A stretch of 64,000 nucleotides of DNA from the human T2T-CHM13v2.0 reference genome, Homo sapiens: NCBI GenBank assembly GCA_009914755.4, contig CP068257.2:7712001-7776000 (forward strand), read 5' to 3'. The notes beneath the pieces were generated by a model. The model did no database searches. It saw only the letters and a list, made by a program, of their open reading frames with translations, and was not told the DNA's origin. This document shows positions 60,055 to 64,000 of the stretch, piece after piece (the first letter of the stretch is position 1; each line of letters begins with the position of its first letter). Position numbers and translations under genes: made by a program.

Positions 60055-62065
60055 ATTTATTATAAATGTTTGGGTACTTTCATAATTTATGTACAGTATA
60101 TTATACATATTTTGGGTACTTTGATATTTTATATACAGTACATACTACAAACTTTGGGTAATTTGATATTTTATGTACAGTATATAATATATATTTGGTG
60201 TAGTTTGATATTTTATGTACAGGGTATAATACATACTTTGGGTACTTTGATATTTTATGTACAGTATACAATATATATTTTGGGTACTTAGATATTTTAT
60301 GTACAGTATATAATACATACTTTGTGTAATTTGATATTTTATGTGCAGCATATAACATATATTTGATGTACATTCATTTTTTATGTACAGAATATAATAT
60401 ATATTTGATGTACCTTCATATTTTATGTACAGTATATAATATAAATTTGGGCGACCTTAATATATTATGTACGGTATATAATATATATTTGTGCGTCTTT
60501 AATATATTATGTATAGTATATAATATATTTTGGTGTACTTTGATATTATATGTACAGAATATAATATATATTTGATGTACCTTCATATTTTATGTACAGT
60601 ACATAATATATATTTTGGGAAATTTGATATTTTATGTTCAGTATATAATATACAGTTTGGGTACTTTGATATTTTATGTACTGTATAGAATATATAGTTT
60701 GAGTACTTTGTTATTTTATGTACAGTTTATTATAAATGTTTGGGTACTTTCATAATTTATGTAGAGTATATTATACATATTTTGGGTACTTTGATATTTT
60801 ATATACAGTATATAATACATACTTTGGGTAATTTGATATTTTATGTACAGTATATAATATATATTTGGTGTAGTTTGATATTTTATGTACAGGGTATAAT
60901 ACATACTTTGGGTACTTTGATATTTTATGTACAGTATAGAATATATATTTTGGGCACTTTGATATTTTATGTACAGTATATAATACATACTTTGGGTACT
61001 TTGATATTTTATGTGCAGCATATAACATATATTTGGTGTACATTCATTTTTTATGTACAGAATATAATATATATTTGATGTACCTTCATATTTTATGTAC
61101 AGTATATAATATAAATTTGGGCGACCTTAATATATTATGTACGGTATATAATATATATTTGTGCGACTTTAATATATTATGTATAGTATATAATATATTT
61201 TGGTGTACTTTGATATTTTATGTACAGAATATAATATATATTTGATGTACCTTCATATTTTATCTACAGTACATAATATATATTTTGGGTAATTTGATAT
61301 TTTATGTACAGAATATAATATACAGTTTGGGAACTTTGATATTTTATGTATTGTATAGAATATAGAGTTTGAGTACTTTGTTATTTTATGTACAGTTTAT
61401 TATAAATGTTTGAGTACTTTCATAATTTATGTACAGTATATTATACATATTTTGGGTACTTTGATATTTTATGTACAGTATATAATACGTACTTTGGGTA
61501 ATTTGATATTTTATGTACAGTATATAATATATATTTGGTGTAGTTTGATATTTTATGTACAGGATATAATACATACTTTGGGTACTTTGATATTTTATGT
61601 ACAGTATATAATATACATTTTGGGTACTTTGATATTTTATGTACAGTATATAATATACAGTTTGGGTACTTTGATATTTTATGTACAGTATATAATATAT
61701 AGTTTGAGTACTTTGTTATTTTATGTACAGTTTATTATAAATGTTTGTGTACTTTCAAAAATTATGTACAGCATATTATACATATTTTGGGTACTTTGAT
61801 ATTTTATGTACAGTATATAATACATACTTTGGGTACTTTGATATTTTCTGTGCAGCATATAATATATATTTGGTGTAATTTCAGATTTTATGTACAGAAT
61901 ATAAAATATGTTTCATGTACCTTCATATTTTATGTACAGTATATAATATATATTTGGGCGACCTTAATATATTATGTACAGTATATAATATATTTTGGTG
62001 TACTTTGATATTTTATGTACAGAATATAATATACATTTGATGTACCTTCATATTTTATGTACAGT
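60055..62065 (-). repeat. Three tandem, nearly identical copies of a 16-monomer (670 bp) HSat1A HOR
   Basis: The marker sits at 60055, 60725 and 61395 (exactly 670 bp apart). Lines 60061-60720 and 60721-61380 differ by only a handful of substitutions (for example cagtacatactacaaactttggg vs cagtatataatacatactttggg; gcgtctttaat vs gcgactttaat). Confidence 0.8.
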
Positions 62066-64000
62066 ACATAATATATATTTTCGCTACTTTGATATTTTAT
62101 GTACAGTATATAATATACAGTTTGGGTACTTTGATATTTTATGTACAGTATATAATAAATAGTTTGGGTACTTTGTTATTTTATGTAAAGTTTATTATAA
62201 ATGTTTGGGTACTTTCATAATTTATGTACAGTATATTATATATATTTTGGGTACTTTGATATTTTATGTACAGTATATAATATATATTTGGTTTAATTTG
62301 ATATTTTATGTACAGGATATAATACATACTTTGGGTACTTTGATATTTTATGTACAGTATAAAATACATACCTTGGGTAATTTGATATTTTATGTACAGT
62401 ATATAATATATATTTGGCGTAGTTTGATAATTTATGTACAGTATATAATACATACTTTGGGTAATTTGATATTTTATGTACAGTATATAATATATATTTT
62501 GGGTACTTTGATATTTATGTACAGTATATAATATACAGTTTGAGTACTTTGATATTTTATGTACAGTATATAATATATAGTTTGAGTACTTTGTTATTTT
62601 ATGTACACTTTATTATAAATGTTTGGGTACTTTCATGATTTATATACAGTATATTATACATACTTTGGGTACTTTGATATTTTATGTACAGTATATAATA
62701 TATATTTGGTGTAATGTGATATTTTATGTACAGAATAATATATATATTTGATGTACCTTCATATTTTATGTACAGAATGTAATATATACTTTGGGTACTT
62801 TGATATTTTATGTACATTATATAATATATACTTTGGGTACTTTGATATTTTATGTGCAGCATATAATATACAGTTTGGATACTTTGATATTTTATGTACA
62901 GTATATACTATACTCTTTGGGTAGTTTGTTATTTTATGTACAGTTTATTTTAAATGTTTGGGTACTTTCATAATGTATGTACAGTATATTATACATATTT
63001 TGGGTACTTTGATATTTTATGTACAGTATATAATACATACTTTGGGTACTTTGATATTTCATGTGCAGCATATAACATATATTTGGTGTACTTTCAGATT
63101 TTATGTACAGAATATAATATATATTTGATGTACCTTCATATTTTATGTACAGTATATAATATATATTTGGGCGACTTTAATATATTATGTACAGTATATC
63201 ATATATTTTGGTGTACTTTGATATTTTATGTACAGAATATAATATATATTTGATGTACCTTCATATTTTATGTACAGAATATAATATATATTTGATGTAC
63301 CTTCATATTTTATGTACAGTAGATGATATATATTTTGGGGAATTTGATATTTCATGTACAGTATATAATATACAGTTTGGGTACTTTGATATTTTATGTA
63401 CTGTATAGAATATATAGTTTGAGTACGTTATTATCTTATGTACAGTTTATTATAAATGTTTGGGTACTTTCATAATTTATGTACAGTATATTATACATAT
63501 TTTGGGTACTTTGATATTTTATGTACAGTATATAATACATACTTTGGGTACTTTGATATTTTATGTGCAGCATATAACATATATTTGGTGTACTTTCAGA
63601 TTTTATGTACAGAATATAAAATATATTTGATGTACCTTCATATTTTATGTACAGTATATAATATATATTTGGGCGACCTTAATATATTATGTACAGTATA
63701 TAATATATATTTGTGCGACTTTAATATATTATGTACAGTATATAATATATTTTGGTGTAGTTTGATATTTTATGTACAGAATATAATATATATTTGATGT
63801 ACCTTCATATTTTATGTACAGTACATAATATATATTTTGCGTAATTTGATATTTTATGTTCAGTATATAATACACAGTTTGGGTACTTTGATATTTTATG
63901 TACTGTATAGAATATATAGTTTGAGTACGTTGTTATTTTATGTACAGTTTATTATAAATGTTTGGGTACTTTCATAATTTATGTACAGTATATTATACAT

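Larger units (their letters stand above)
30100..64000 (-). repeat. HSat1A array in inverted orientation, organised as multi-monomer higher-order repeats (3- to 18-mers; dominant 8-mer ~335 bp and 12-mer ~502 bp)
   Basis: The marker monomer pair gtttattataaatgtttgggtactttcataatttatgtacagtatattatacatat recurs at 30101, 30851, 31309, 31644, 31978, 32397, 32896, 33227, 33729, 34062, 34479 ... 52224, 52725, 53018, 53519, 53855, 54190, 54692, 55194, 55530, 56034, 56577, 56870, 57205, 57708, 58209, 58511, 58888, 59385, 60055, 60725, 61395, 61730, 62190, 62608, 62944, 63445, 63947. The spacings are multiples of 42 bp. Confidence 0.85.

Noticed and set aside
1-64000. Possibility of a novel defence island, operon, CRISPR array or other prokaryotic system, as hinted by the task framing
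   Set aside because: The sequence is 100% tandem satellite with no unique spacers: CRISPR would need unique spacers between repeats, and here the repeats are contiguous and degenerate. There are no gene-sized non-repetitive ORFs, no RBS or promoter architecture, and no tRNA or rRNA. The composition and repeat families are those of primate heterochromatin.
1-64000. Assignment to Yq12 (DYZ1 3.56-kb HSat3 HOR next to the DYZ2 AT-rich repeat)
   Set aside because: The 3.4-3.8 kb HSat3 HOR length is reminiscent of DYZ1. However, the adjacent AT-rich array is the simple 42-bp HSat1A type. It has no Alu-containing ~2.4-kb DYZ2 (HSat1B) units anywhere in 47 kb. Y origin is therefore unsupported. Chromosome assignment needs alignment to a complete assembly.
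17197-64000. Search for transposable-element insertions (Alu, L1, LTR), alpha-satellite (171 bp) or beta-satellite (68 bp) segments inside the arrays
   Set aside because: None were seen. Every stretch examined conforms to either the pentameric GGAAT family or the 42-bp AT-rich family. The poly-A-like runs (for example 17,285-17,292 and 19,862-19,870) are short, and no flanking TE sequence is present.

Overview
This window contains no supportable protein-coding genes, RNA genes or prokaryotic-style systems. It consists entirely of eukaryotic pericentromeric satellite DNA, made of two classical hominoid (human-type) satellite families joined directly to each other. Every ORF in the six-frame track is a translation artefact of tandem repeats, so I cannot support the idea of a new biological system here. 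What is unusual is the satellite architecture itself.

(1) Positions 1-17,196 are a (GGAAT)n pentameric array with CAACCCGAGT-type diverged units. This is the signature of human satellite III (HSat3). It is organised into kilobase-scale higher-order repeats (HORs): about 3.4 kb in the first ~6.3 kb, and about 3.78 kb for 2.2 copies from ~6.35 to 14.5 kb.

(2) Positions 17,197-64,000 are a very AT-rich 42-bp tandem repeat matching classical satellite I (HSat1A; a 17-bp A unit plus a 25-bp B unit). An orientation flip inside this array at ~27.84-27.88 kb creates a head-to-head inverted configuration. The left arm (17.2-27.8 kb) grades through monomer variants of 42-45 bp. The right arm (27.9-64 kb) has the opposite polarity and is built from multi-monomer HORs. 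The dominant HORs are an 8-mer of ~335 bp and a 12-mer of ~502 bp, with 3- to 18-monomer variants and a near-identical triple of 16-mer (670 bp) copies at 60.06-62.07 kb.

Chromosome of origin cannot be assigned from sequence alone. HSat3 directly abutting HSat1A is typical of acrocentric short arms and a few pericentromeres.
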